Positions 1-7,706 of a stretch of DNA of 32,000 bases are shown here, piece by piece. The notes beneath the pieces are model-generated. The model did no database searches and had not been told where the DNA came from. It saw only the letters and a list, made by a program, of their open reading frames with translations. The DNA lies in assembly GCA_027460535.1 (NCBI GenBank), contig JAPZAR010000036.1, forward strand, positions 60,001 through 92,000, written 5' to 3'. The position numbers and the translations under genes are program-made. The stretch is from Candidatus Methanoperedens sp. (lineage in GTDB: Archaea; Halobacteriota; Methanosarcinia; Methanosarcinales; Methanoperedenaceae). Within the stretch, counting starts at the first letter, position 1, and every line of letters starts with the position of its first letter.

Positions 1-765
1 AATATCCACATCAGAATCGAGGAGCCAGATTTTGACCTTTATCCCCGTTTCTTCCATTCTCCTCTTGAGTTCATAATTCAGGCCGTCGCTTTCTGAAAGC
101 ATGATCTCTTTCCCGGGATTGTGGGTGTACTCGGCAATGCTGAGGGCATCCCTTTCTATCACTTCGAGCAGGCCGTGGAGCACGGCTTCCTCGATGGTAT
201 TCCCGGATGCAAGCCCGTTGGTGTTGCTCCGGAAAAGCTTACTTGCGCCCTGGGGATTGTACGGATGGAAAACTGCATTGGCAGGGACGAAAACTTCAAT
301 GTCGTTCATGAAATCATACCCCATGACCCATTCGAGGCTTGTAAACTCAGAGACTGGCTGTGGCAGGAGGAGGGCATCTGGGTATAAAGTGGGATAGTTC
401 TCACTGAGCGACTCATAAGTATCAACGGTCCTCTCCGCCTTGAGCGGAACGCCGCTCAGGTTGATGCTGACCTCGGGCTGCTCCGCAAGACAGCGCTCAA
501 AGCTTTCCATGATCGCAGAGATCCTTGCATTGGTCTCGGTGGCGCCTTTTCCGGAATATATGGATATAGCACCCTCCGCTGCGCTCGGTCTTATGGCTGA
601 GAAAACCGGAATGCCCACACGGTCAAGGTCAGTGATATTGGCTATTCTGGTCACGCCGATCCTGGGGAGGAGCTTTGTTGTATTGGCAAGCGTGGTCTCT
701 GGGTCGAGCACGCGCTGGGTACCTTCGATGTATTTGATATTGGGGTCGAGGTTTATCTTGCTCAT
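1..765 (-). CDS. ycaO: YcaO-family enzyme (McrA-glycine thioamidation / methanogenesis marker 1 type). The 5' end is complete and the 3' end runs off the left edge.
   Basis: Absent from the ORF track because it has no stop inside the window. Reverse translation from ATG 765..763 gives [92 protein letters not shown]. Further on it reads [36 protein letters not shown], the YcaO core. I checked that the frame is open from about 450 down to base 1. The + ORFs at 101..790 are its antisense shadows. Confidence 0.8.
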   Translation of the reverse strand, partial: MSKINLDPNIKYIEGTQRVLDPETTLANTTKLLPRIGVTRIANITDLDRVGIPVFSAIRPSAAEGAISIYSGKGATETNARISAIMESFERCLAEQPEVSINLSGVPLKAERTVDTYESLSENYPTLYPDALLLPQPVSEFTSLEWVMGYDFMNDIEVFVPANAVFHPYNPQGASKLFRSNTNGLASGNTIEEAVLHGLLEVIERDALSIAEYTHNPGKEIMLSESDGLNYELKRRMEETGIKVKIWLLDSDVDI

Positions 766-869
766 TGATTCCTGCAAACTTATTGGATAAAGGTTATATA
801 TCTTGTGATAAGGGAATATACAAAATATTAAAAAGTACGAAAAGTACGATCGAAATATAGAGGGATTTT

Positions 870-1847
870 ATGACACTTGATTCAAGAATTTCTGAGCTTG
901 CAAAAGCTGCAAAACCCACCGTGGCGATCATCGGTCTGGGCGGCGCAGGCTGCAATATCGTTTCGTGGATAGCGCAAAAAGAAATGGTTGGAAGCAGGAT
1001 TATTGCGGCTGATACTGATGCGACGCATTTGATGGGCGCAAAGGCGGATGCGAAGGTCCTCCTCGGTGAGCAAACCTACCAGGGAAAGGGATGCGGTGGC
1101 TTCGCCGAGCGCGGCACTGAAGCAGCCAGGGAAAGCCTCAAGGAAATTAAGGAGGAGCTAAAGGATTCAAACCTTATATTCATCATAGCAGGCCTGGGAG
1201 GCGGCTCAGGAACAGGCGCTGCGCCTGTAGTGGCGGAAGCAACACGCGAAGCAGGGATACTTACCATAGGGTGCGTGATGTTGCCTTTCAGTTATGAGCT
1301 TACACGGCGCAAGAAAGCGATCGCGGGAATAAAGGCACTTGCGGCGAGATGCGACTCACTTGTGGTCATAGACAATTCCAAGCTCCGGGCCATCGCAGGC
1401 AGTCTGCCGCTCCGTGAAGGTTTCGCAGTAGCGAACGAATTCGTAGGCGCCTTTATCAGGAACATAACAGAAACCATAACGCAGCCCAGCCTTGTGAACC
1501 TCGATTATTCCGACCTTCGAAGTGTTGTCGAGCGCGGTGGGATATCGGCGATCGGTATCGGAGATGCTGAGGGTGAGAACCGCATAGAGAAAGCAATGGA
1601 ACAGGCACTTTCGACGCCCCTGCTTGATGTTGCGGATATTTCGGGTACTTATGGGGTTCTTGTCCATATAGCGGGCGGCGAGGATATGACCCTTGGCGAA
1701 GTCACCCAGGCGGGCGAGATCATCCTCCAGAAAGCGCCGAATACCGGGCGCATCGTATGGGGTGCGAAAGTGGATGAGTCGCTTGCAGGACGTGTGAAGG
1801 TGACTGCGGTGCTGACTGGCGTCACGGATCCGAACAAATTGAAGTAA
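870..1847 (+). CDS. ftsZ: FtsZ/tubulin-family GTPase, a short 325-aa paralogue with no C-terminal tail
   Basis: GLGGAGCNIV near the N-terminus, tubulin signature GLGGGSGTGAAPVVAE, T7-like NLDYSDL, and a complete C-terminal FtsZ domain (GVLVHIAGGEDMTLGEV...VKVTAVLTGV). The protein ends 8 aa after the core. Confidence 0.85.
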   Translation: MTLDSRISELAKAAKPTVAIIGLGGAGCNIVSWIAQKEMVGSRIIAADTDATHLMGAKADAKVLLGEQTYQGKGCGGFAERGTEAARESLKEIKEELKDSNLIFIIAGLGGGSGTGAAPVVAEATREAGILTIGCVMLPFSYELTRRKKAIAGIKALAARCDSLVVIDNSKLRAIAGSLPLREGFAVANEFVGAFIRNITETITQPSLVNLDYSDLRSVVERGGISAIGIGDAEGENRIEKAMEQALSTPLLDVADISGTYGVLVHIAGGEDMTLGEVTQAGEIILQKAPNTGRIVWGAKVDESLAGRVKVTAVLTGVTDPNKLK

Positions 1848-1906
1848 TTTGCATATACAAGACCGCAGATGAACGCCGAAACCCTGCGGGTTCTCGACTC
1901 CCCACA

Positions 1907-1949
1907 CACGCATGGCTGCGCCATGCGTGGATACCCGCTATGGTTTTTT
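1907..1949 (+). terminator. Perfect 10-bp hairpin followed by a T6 tract, downstream of the ftsZ-like gene
   Basis: CACGCATGGC-TGC-GCCATGCGTG at 1907..1929, then TTTTTT at 1944..1949. A second 6-bp stem (CCGCAG/CTGCGG) lies at 1863..1889. Confidence 0.4.
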
Positions 1950-2079
1950 CTCTAGTCCAATATCAGCAGCTAAGAATTAATATATCTTTGCGTCTTTTGT
2001 GTTCTCTGCGGTAGGCAAATATTTACCACCGCCAAGTTCGTAAAAAGCACGAAGTAAATAGTATTTTGAGTTAAATATT

Positions 2080-3048
2080 ATGCACCTTGTCATAAAAGAA
2101 CGCGTGGATAACCTGTGCGATTATACGTATAATTTCACATGGCAGAATAATAAGATAAAACCTGATAGCATCATACCTTACCAGCAGGGGAAAAAGTACA
2201 CTTATAAAGACCTTGTTGATGAACTAAGGAAAGGCAAAGAGGTGTGTATCACTGGAAACGCCGGCAAGAGACTGGGTTACAGCATGGGTGTTGACCTTGC
2301 GCATTTCGGTGGAAGTGGGGCGCCTGAAGAGATAGGAAAGCTCTATATCGATGGTGATGTCTCACTGGAAATGGGAATGGGAATGGTTTCCGGCACGATA
2401 TATGTAAAAGGGAGCATTGAAGAGCCGGTAGGAAATGTGGTAGAAATGGCTTCGGACGAGCCAGGTTACAGGAAGTTCAGGTCAATAACCGGGATCATCT
2501 GCAAAGGATTGGGGAATGATGTCCTCATCAGGAATAAATTCGATGAGCTGAATAAGCATTTGCAGCTGGACGACGGAATTCTTCGGGGAACTGTGGCAGC
2601 GCGATGCAACTGTGAGGCTATGGTAACGATCGAAGGGAATGCTTACAACGGTACCGGTTTATTGATGAAGAAAGGAATTGTTCATGTCAGGGGTGATGCA
2701 GGAATGAACAGCGGCGCTCACCTCGATGGCGGTGTTGTGATCGTGGAAGGCCGTGCGGGCGAGTTCGCGGGCGCGTACATGAAAAAGGGCACGCTTATCT
2801 TAACGGATGCAAAAGGATACGCGGGTGCCAATCTCAAAGACGGGGTGGTTCTTGCAAAGAAAAAAGTAAAAACAGCGCCTCCAATTGAGGAGCTGGCGAT
2901 GACGCAGGAGGATGGCAAACAGATAATGAAATATCTTGGGCTGGGACACGTGGAGGCCATGAGCTATCATAAGTACGGCATAATGAGGGAAAGGCTTGTA
3001 AGGATGAGGGATGGGTCGGTGGTGGTGAGGAGGGTGGACGGATTTTAA
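2080..3048 (+). CDS. FwdC/FmdC-like GXGXG beta-helix protein (formylmethanofuran dehydrogenase subunit C / GltB C-terminal domain fold), stand-alone
   Basis: Repeated G-x-x-G-x-x-x-G turns: ITGNAGKRLGYSMG, IYVKGSIEEPVGN, VHVRGDAGMNSGAHLDGGVVIVEGRAGEFAGAYMKKGTLILTDAKGYAGANLKDGVV. No other fwd/fmd subunit genes are adjacent. Confidence 0.6.
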   Translation: MHLVIKERVDNLCDYTYNFTWQNNKIKPDSIIPYQQGKKYTYKDLVDELRKGKEVCITGNAGKRLGYSMGVDLAHFGGSGAPEEIGKLYIDGDVSLEMGMGMVSGTIYVKGSIEEPVGNVVEMASDEPGYRKFRSITGIICKGLGNDVLIRNKFDELNKHLQLDDGILRGTVAARCNCEAMVTIEGNAYNGTGLLMKKGIVHVRGDAGMNSGAHLDGGVVIVEGRAGEFAGAYMKKGTLILTDAKGYAGANLKDGVVLAKKKVKTAPPIEELAMTQEDGKQIMKYLGLGHVEAMSYHKYGIMRERLVRMRDGSVVVRRVDGF

Positions 3049-3102
3049 ATTTGAACATATATAATTATCAAAAAAGATAACTTTAAATAAAAAAAAGTTC
3101 AT

Positions 3103-3528
3103 TTGTTTTGTGTGAAGTTTCTGGATAATTTGTATCTGGAGAGAGAATCTAGGAAAAGACTAATCGAACTTATTCTAATAGTAGGCTCTATCCTTATTGC
3201 TCTTAAAACTCCAGAAACTCTAAATGGCAATATTATACATTTAAAAGATAATAATATTACAACGCTCTTTATGATTGTTATCTTTTTCTCAGTTTTATAT
3301 TTTATCCTTATACAAAAAGAGGTAAATGAGAATCAAAATAAAATTGTATCGGTTATTGGATTTGTTATTGCTATTTTTTTCTCGGCAATAATGGCTAGTT
3401 TTTTAGCTATCAGTGTGGCTAAAGATTTTTTAACAGCATCCTCAGCAGCAACTTCATACCTTTTTGTATTTTTTCCTTACTGGTTGATTTTTACTTTTGT
3501 AATTTGGGTAGCACTAAGGGAAAAATAA
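3103..3528 (+). CDS. Hypothetical membrane protein with about 4 TM helices, AT-rich
   Basis: Track ORF starting at TTG. Hydrophobic segments LIELILIVGSILIAL, LFMIVIFFSVLYFILI, VIGFVIAIFFSAIMASFLAISVA and YLFVFFPYWLIFTFVIWVAL. The start codon is uncertain and I recognise no family. Confidence 0.4.
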   Translation: MFCVKFLDNLYLERESRKRLIELILIVGSILIALKTPETLNGNIIHLKDNNITTLFMIVIFFSVLYFILIQKEVNENQNKIVSVIGFVIAIFFSAIMASFLAISVAKDFLTASSAATSYLFVFFPYWLIFTFVIWVALREK

Positions 3529-3606
3529 GCTACGAATGTTTATTTACGACTCTAAATATACGGAAGGCTGGATATCGCTGAAACATAATATATATAGTGA
3601 ATTAAT

Positions 3607-4098
3607 ATGTGCGGATACAAAGATTACAAACAAATTCTCGACAAATTCTCGCAACTACTTCTGGAAAAATTCAGCGACAACCTCATCTCTCTTGTCCTCT
3701 TCGGTTCCGTTGCCAGAGGCACAGCAAAAACAGAAAGCGACATCGACCTGCTCATAATTCTGAAAGATGCCCCCGATTCTTATTACAAGCGCCTCGAACC
3801 TGTAATAGATATCGAGCTAAAACTGCGTGAGGAAGCCTTTGAAACTACCGAGGCTGTGCTAATTTTCAGCAGTATCGTCTTATCAAAAGAAGAAGCTATG
3901 GAGAATCGCAATATATTTCTGGACATGATTGATGCCTCCATAATCCTGTACGACAAAAATAACTTTTTCAAAAACAGGCTCAAAGAGTTGAAGAAACGGC
4001 TTTTGCAGCTTGGCTCAAAAAAAATCACGCTTGAGGACAAAACATGGTACTGGAATCTAAAACCCGACAGTGTACCGGGGGAAGTCATTGAATTATGA
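3607..4098 (+). CDS. Nucleotidyltransferase-domain protein (MNT-type partner of HEPN)
   Basis: Pol-beta NTase motif LVLFGSVARGTAKTESDIDLLIIL (GS...DxD). Its stop overlaps the HEPN start (ATGA, 4095..4098). Confidence 0.8.
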   Translation: MCGYKDYKQILDKFSQLLLEKFSDNLISLVLFGSVARGTAKTESDIDLLIILKDAPDSYYKRLEPVIDIELKLREEAFETTEAVLIFSSIVLSKEEAMENRNIFLDMIDASIILYDKNNFFKNRLKELKKRLLQLGSKKITLEDKTWYWNLKPDSVPGEVIEL

Positions 4099-4502
4099 CC
4101 ACCAGTAAAGAGCAGGGCGAGAAATTGTTAAAAGAGGCGCAATGGATATTTGAAAAAGACCTGAAAGGCGCTATGGAAGAAGAAAACTATAATCTCGCAA
4201 TCAGAAGAGCGCAGGAAGTGGTTGAGCTTTCCCTCAAAGGGTGTTTGAGAGTATTGGGCATAGATTATCCAAAAGTGCATGATGCAGGTTTACTTTTTGT
4301 AAAAATAGCTGAAAAAAAACTTAATTTTAATAAAAACACACTAACAGAAATCGAGAGGATTTCACGGTGGCTCTCAGAGGCAAGAGCACCTTCGTTCTAT
4401 GGCGAAAGAGACTTTACATCAGAGGATGCAAGGAAAGCTTTTGAAGATGCAGCCTTTGTTTTTAAAGAAATAAAAACTGTGACTATGCAGGCAGAAAAAT
4501 AA
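4095..4502 (+). CDS. HEPN-domain protein
   Basis: HEPN-like helices RRAQEVVELSLKGCLRVLGIDYPKVHD and ARAPSFYGERDFTSEDARKAFEDAAFV. It is paired with the upstream NTase. I could not find an Rx4-6H motif. Confidence 0.7.
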   Translation: MTTSKEQGEKLLKEAQWIFEKDLKGAMEEENYNLAIRRAQEVVELSLKGCLRVLGIDYPKVHDAGLLFVKIAEKKLNFNKNTLTEIERISRWLSEARAPSFYGERDFTSEDARKAFEDAAFVFKEIKTVTMQAEK

Positions 4503-4988
4503 ATGCGCAGTCTTGAAACCTTCCCATCCAAAGGCCCTCATAATTCTCTCTGGTACTGGTCTGATATCGTCTCCCCCCTGAAAGTCATTTTCAATTACAT
4601 CTGCATGTCACTTGCACGCATCTCACCCTCACTCCGGATGAAGAACGTGCTCTATACCGCCATGGGGATCAAAATAGGCGAACATGTATCAATCGGGCTG
4701 GAGGTAAACATGGACGTGTTCTTCCCTGAACTCATAGAGATCGGAGATGACAGCATAGTCGGATTCAATTCCACCATCCTGTGCCATGAGTTCCTGGTGA
4801 AGGAATACAGGCTCGGTCGCGTCGTCATAGGTAAGAACGTCACCGTCGGTGCGAACACCACCATCCTCCCTGGCGTTACTATCGCAGACGGAAGCACGGT
4901 TTCAGCTCATTCTCTTGTAAATAGCGACGTTTCGGGTTTTGTGGGAGGGGTGCCTGCCCGCCCACTGAAAACAGAACAGGGATTATGA
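4503..4988 (+). CDS. Hexapeptide-repeat (left-handed beta-helix) acyl/acetyltransferase
   Basis: IGDDSIVGFNSTILCHEF...VVIGKNVTVGANTTILPGVTIADGSTVSAHSLVNSDVSGFVGGVPARPL. The N-terminal segment is hydrophobic. The ATG directly abuts the HEPN stop. Confidence 0.8.
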   Translation: MRSLETFPSKGPHNSLWYWSDIVSPLKVIFNYICMSLARISPSLRMKNVLYTAMGIKIGEHVSIGLEVNMDVFFPELIEIGDDSIVGFNSTILCHEFLVKEYRLGRVVIGKNVTVGANTTILPGVTIADGSTVSAHSLVNSDVSGFVGGVPARPLKTEQGL

Positions 4989-5584
4989 AATACGATGTAA
5001 TAGATTTCTTCTTCTGGTTCAAAAAAGAGCCTCTACCCCGTATTTTCGTGCTTATCTCATGCATTATGGGAACTCTTTTCGGTTTTTATTATTATACAGG
5101 CCAGTTTGAAATCACACCTGTATATTTATGGTTTTTTGTTCCAGACAGCCCCTTTTTCACGTTCATGTATGTCATTGTGCTTCTTTTTTATTCTTTCGGC
5201 GTGCGTTCTAATGCCTTCGATGCTTTCACGTTTATCGGGTTAAATAAAGTCGGTATATGGACCATCTTCGTTTTGTTCTGGAACTATGACTATTATTTCT
5301 CCCCGGAGACGAGTGACTATCGATTTATAATACTCTTGCTGCATATCGGAATGATACTTGTTGCCATGACACTATTAAAGGAAATGAAGAAATTGAACAT
5401 GCGGAGATATCTTTTGATCGCAGGTTTTTTCCTGATATCAGATTTCTTTGATTATGTCGTCGGGACACACCCCATTATCCCGCAGGAAAGCATCGGAGTC
5501 GTAAGTCTGGTGACCATCTCCCTTACAATAATAACCTGCGCTCTGACATTTTATTATCTGGAGAAAAAGCCCGAAGGAATTTAG
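4985..5584 (+). CDS. Polytopic membrane protein, probably DUF1405 (YpjA-like)
   Basis: GTLFGFYYYTGQFEITPVYLWFFVPDSPFFTF resembles the FVPDSP region I recall from the DUF1405 family. About 5 TM segments. The start overlaps the previous stop (ATGA, 4985..4988). Confidence 0.55.
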   Translation: MKYDVIDFFFWFKKEPLPRIFVLISCIMGTLFGFYYYTGQFEITPVYLWFFVPDSPFFTFMYVIVLLFYSFGVRSNAFDAFTFIGLNKVGIWTIFVLFWNYDYYFSPETSDYRFIILLLHIGMILVAMTLLKEMKKLNMRRYLLIAGFFLISDFFDYVVGTHPIIPQESIGVVSLVTISLTIITCALTFYYLEKKPEGI

Positions 5585-5609
5585 TACATTAAATCCAATC
5601 TAGGAACAA

Positions 5610-5945
5610 ATGAAAGATACTATCATCTCACTATTACGGAAAAACAGGGATAATGAGTTTTTGAAGAATAAAATCGAAATGAAGTGTAAATGCGGCTATC
5701 TGGAAAAAATCATGTATTTCGACCTTTTATCTGGCGGGGAATTCAATATCGGGCAGCCTGCTTCAATTATCAGTCCATTCATATCTGAATCTGTTTACGA
5801 TGAAACCATCATCGTAACACCTATCCAATTATCAAGAGAATGTCCATCTTGCGGTGGGGTAATAATTACTATGTTCCCGACATCCCTGGAGGATCTCATT
5901 GCGATCTTGAAGCTGCAGCCACCTGATCCTAACATGTATGGATGA
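5610..5945 (+). CDS. Hypothetical protein with two distant Cys pairs (CKC...CPSC), possibly zinc-binding
   Basis: Track ORF. Cys pairs at MKCKCGY and ECPSCGG. The last 8 nt overlap the nitroreductase start. Confidence 0.45.
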   Translation: MKDTIISLLRKNRDNEFLKNKIEMKCKCGYLEKIMYFDLLSGGEFNIGQPASIISPFISESVYDETIIVTPIQLSRECPSCGGVIITMFPTSLEDLIAILKLQPPDPNMYG

Positions 5946-6467
5946 AGCAATGGAGACTATCGAGGCCATAAAAACGCGCCGAAGCGTGCGTGAATTTACA
6001 GATGAAAAAGTAGATGATAAGACCATAGAAAAGATCATAGATGCCGGAAGGTGGGCCCCGTCAGGTTTGAACAATCAGGCGTGGAGGTTCATAATAGTCC
6101 AGAATCCTGATACGAAAGAGGCCCTTTCCGGACTCACTCATTATGGTGTGATAATCAAGAATGCCCCTGTACTGATAGTGGTTTTTCTGGACTCCGAACA
6201 TCTATATGACCGAACAAAAGATGTCCAGTCCATCGGGGCATGTATCCAGAATATGCTTCTCGCCATTCATTCGCTCGGTCTGGGTGGTGTCTGGCTTGGC
6301 GAGATACTGAAGAAAAAAGAGATGGTGAACAAAATTCTTGAAGCACCTGGCGATAAGAATTGATGGCAGTTCTGGCCTTCGGCCATCCTGTTAAGAAACC
6401 GCGGGTTTCAGAAAGAAAAGATATCCCTGAGATTTTTTACCGCGAAAAATTCGAAGGCTGCAGATAG
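5938..6467 (+). pseudogene. Nitroreductase-family protein interrupted by a frameshift near its 3' end
   Basis: Frame 1 (5938..6363) reads AIKTRRSVREFTDEKV...GRWAPSGLNNQAWRFIIV...LGGVWLGE and stops at TGA 6361..6363. The conserved C-terminus ELMAVLAFGHPVKKPRVSERKDIPEIFYREKFEGCR* continues in another frame at 6357..6467. Confidence 0.7.
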
Positions 6468-6513
6468 TTTAAATATCCATTTGCCGAGCAATTTTTGCCA
6501 TCCCTTCCTATTA

Positions 6514-6537
6514 ATGATAATGATAGATGATTATCAT
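6514..6537. promoter_or_regulatory. 8-bp inverted repeat with an 8-nt spacer, a candidate operator
   Basis: ATGATAAT-GATAGATG-ATTATCAT lies in an AT-rich intergenic region about 110 nt upstream of the small ORF at 6648. Confidence 0.3.
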
Positions 6538-6635
6538 AATAATAACACATATATAAATAAGGGTTAATATTATATACTATGTGGTCAATGTTTATTTGTT
6601 AACGAATAATCCAAATAATTTTGGTCGTTAATAAT

Positions 6636-6641
6636 AGGAGG
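6636..6641 (+). promoter_or_regulatory. Perfect AGGAGG Shine-Dalgarno box 6 nt upstream of ATG 6648
   Basis: The geometry AGGAGG-AATAAA-ATG matches the thermosome start (AGGAGG 7695..7700, ATG 7707). Confidence 0.5.
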
Positions 6642-6647
6642 AATAAA

Positions 6648-6794
6648 ATGATAGTGTCACCTTATTGCAGGAAACATGATATGGCAATAAGACTCCTGAC
6701 TCAATCACATTGTGAAGAGCGCCAAGGGGAAAATTGTGAAAGTGGCCAATGTGAGCACTTCGGGATGCGGTTTTATTCGAAGGATGGATTTTAA
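6648..6794 (+). CDS. Small Cys-rich protein of 48 aa, below the track's size cut-off
   Basis: MIVSPYCRKHDMAIRLLTQSHCEERQGENCESGQCEHFGMRFYSKDGF*. Four Cys residues. A perfect SD lies upstream. Confidence 0.4.
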   Translation: MIVSPYCRKHDMAIRLLTQSHCEERQGENCESGQCEHFGMRFYSKDGF

Positions 6795-6828
6795 AGGACG
6801 TTTGAAAATCGTCCGGATGTGATGCGGT

Positions 6829-6966
6829 ATGAACATACTTGACGTTACGGAAGAGCATATTTTTCGCACATTAGGCAGGGGCAGGGATCCTGGCTATAAG
6901 CCCGTAGATAGGGCCAAACTGATAAGAAAGGCTGAGCCTTTCGATTTTGCCAGGCTGTTGCGATAA
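6829..6966 (+). CDS. Possible small ORF of 45 aa
   Basis: MNILDVTEEHIFRTLGRGRDPGYKPVDRAKLIRKAEPFDFARLLR*. The composition is soluble-like, but there is no SD and I recognise no family. Confidence 0.2.
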   Translation: MNILDVTEEHIFRTLGRGRDPGYKPVDRAKLIRKAEPFDFARLLR

Positions 6967-7025
6967 CCCGAGGCTTTTGTCTCTGATCAAAATATTGACC
7001 ATATCGACCATAATCTTTATATCCG

Positions 7026-7499
7026 ATGATGGTTATGTATGATTTTGGCAAAACTATAAATGGAGAGAACATGACAACAAGCCTGAATTTCTTCAAACAA
7101 TATCATAGCACTGTGATAAAAGCGCTGGGAGAAGATGCCAAGAAAGTAAATGCAAAAGTCGGTTCGATAATGGCGGACAAATGGGCAGATAATGCAGGGA
7201 AAATCAATAGCAACGCCGAGTTTGCACAGAGTTTCGAGGATTATCTTAAAAATCAGCTTGAATTCGCAAGGTACGTTAAGGTCGACTGCGATGAAAAGAA
7301 CTATTCTCTCGATATCAAAGGATGTGCCATATGCCACGGGAACGAGATCTTGAGAAAGGAAGGTTTGGCAACAGCATGCCCTATTGTGCAGGCTGCCAAG
7401 TACGCAGCGGTCAAGAAGATCGGGAGGAATGTATTGACGAAAGGTGTGGAAAAACCGGGTCCGGTTGGCGAGTGCACAATCAGGTTTGAATTGGAATAA
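7026..7499 (+). CDS. Small Cys-containing ligand-binding-like protein (V4R / ATC-hydrolase-like fold, tentative)
   Basis: C-terminal pattern DIKGCAICHGNEILRKEGLATACPIVQAAKYAAVKKIG...GECTIRFELE. In-frame ATG 7071 is preceded by GGAG (7062..7065) and may be the true start. Confidence 0.5.
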   Translation: MMVMYDFGKTINGENMTTSLNFFKQYHSTVIKALGEDAKKVNAKVGSIMADKWADNAGKINSNAEFAQSFEDYLKNQLEFARYVKVDCDEKNYSLDIKGCAICHGNEILRKEGLATACPIVQAAKYAAVKKIGRNVLTKGVEKPGPVGECTIRFELE

Positions 7500-7706
7500 G
7501 AATTCAGTTCAATCCAGACCTTATTTTGTTTACTGCAATTCATAGGATCATGAATTCATATTTTGCCAAAAAAGATATCTTTTAATTAAAATTTTCATAA
7601 AATAAAAATTTATTGGAGCGAAATCTTTTTATCGAACCACAAACATGGAACAACAAAAAAAGCTGGCACACACAATTGTATTTGATTGCTTATAAGGAGG
7701 TAATTT

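Noticed and set aside
101-790. Three + strand ORFs of 88-116 aa at the left edge
   Set aside because: They lie antisense to, or out of frame with, a clearly recognisable YcaO gene on the minus strand. They have Ser/Leu/Pro-rich shadow composition and no motifs.
1356-1913. 185-aa minus-strand ORF
   Set aside because: It is an antisense shadow of the ftsZ-like gene.
3536-3830. Two 73-aa + strand ORFs overlapping the NTase gene
   Set aside because: They are alternative frames of a gene with a clear GS...DxD nucleotidyltransferase motif.
6361-6363. TGA of the nitroreductase as a selenocysteine or read-through codon
   Set aside because: Base-by-base framing shows that the conserved C-terminus (MAVLAFGHP...) is not in frame with the TGA. 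It lies in the -1 (equivalently +2) frame, so this is a frameshift and not stop-codon recoding.
6628-7096. Two minus-strand ORFs of 76 and 83 aa in the nitroreductase/V4R gap
   Set aside because: Their composition is unconvincing and they have no SD. One overlaps the start of the + strand 7026 gene. The + strand small ORF with a perfect AGGAGG is the better explanation, although none of these ORFs is proven.
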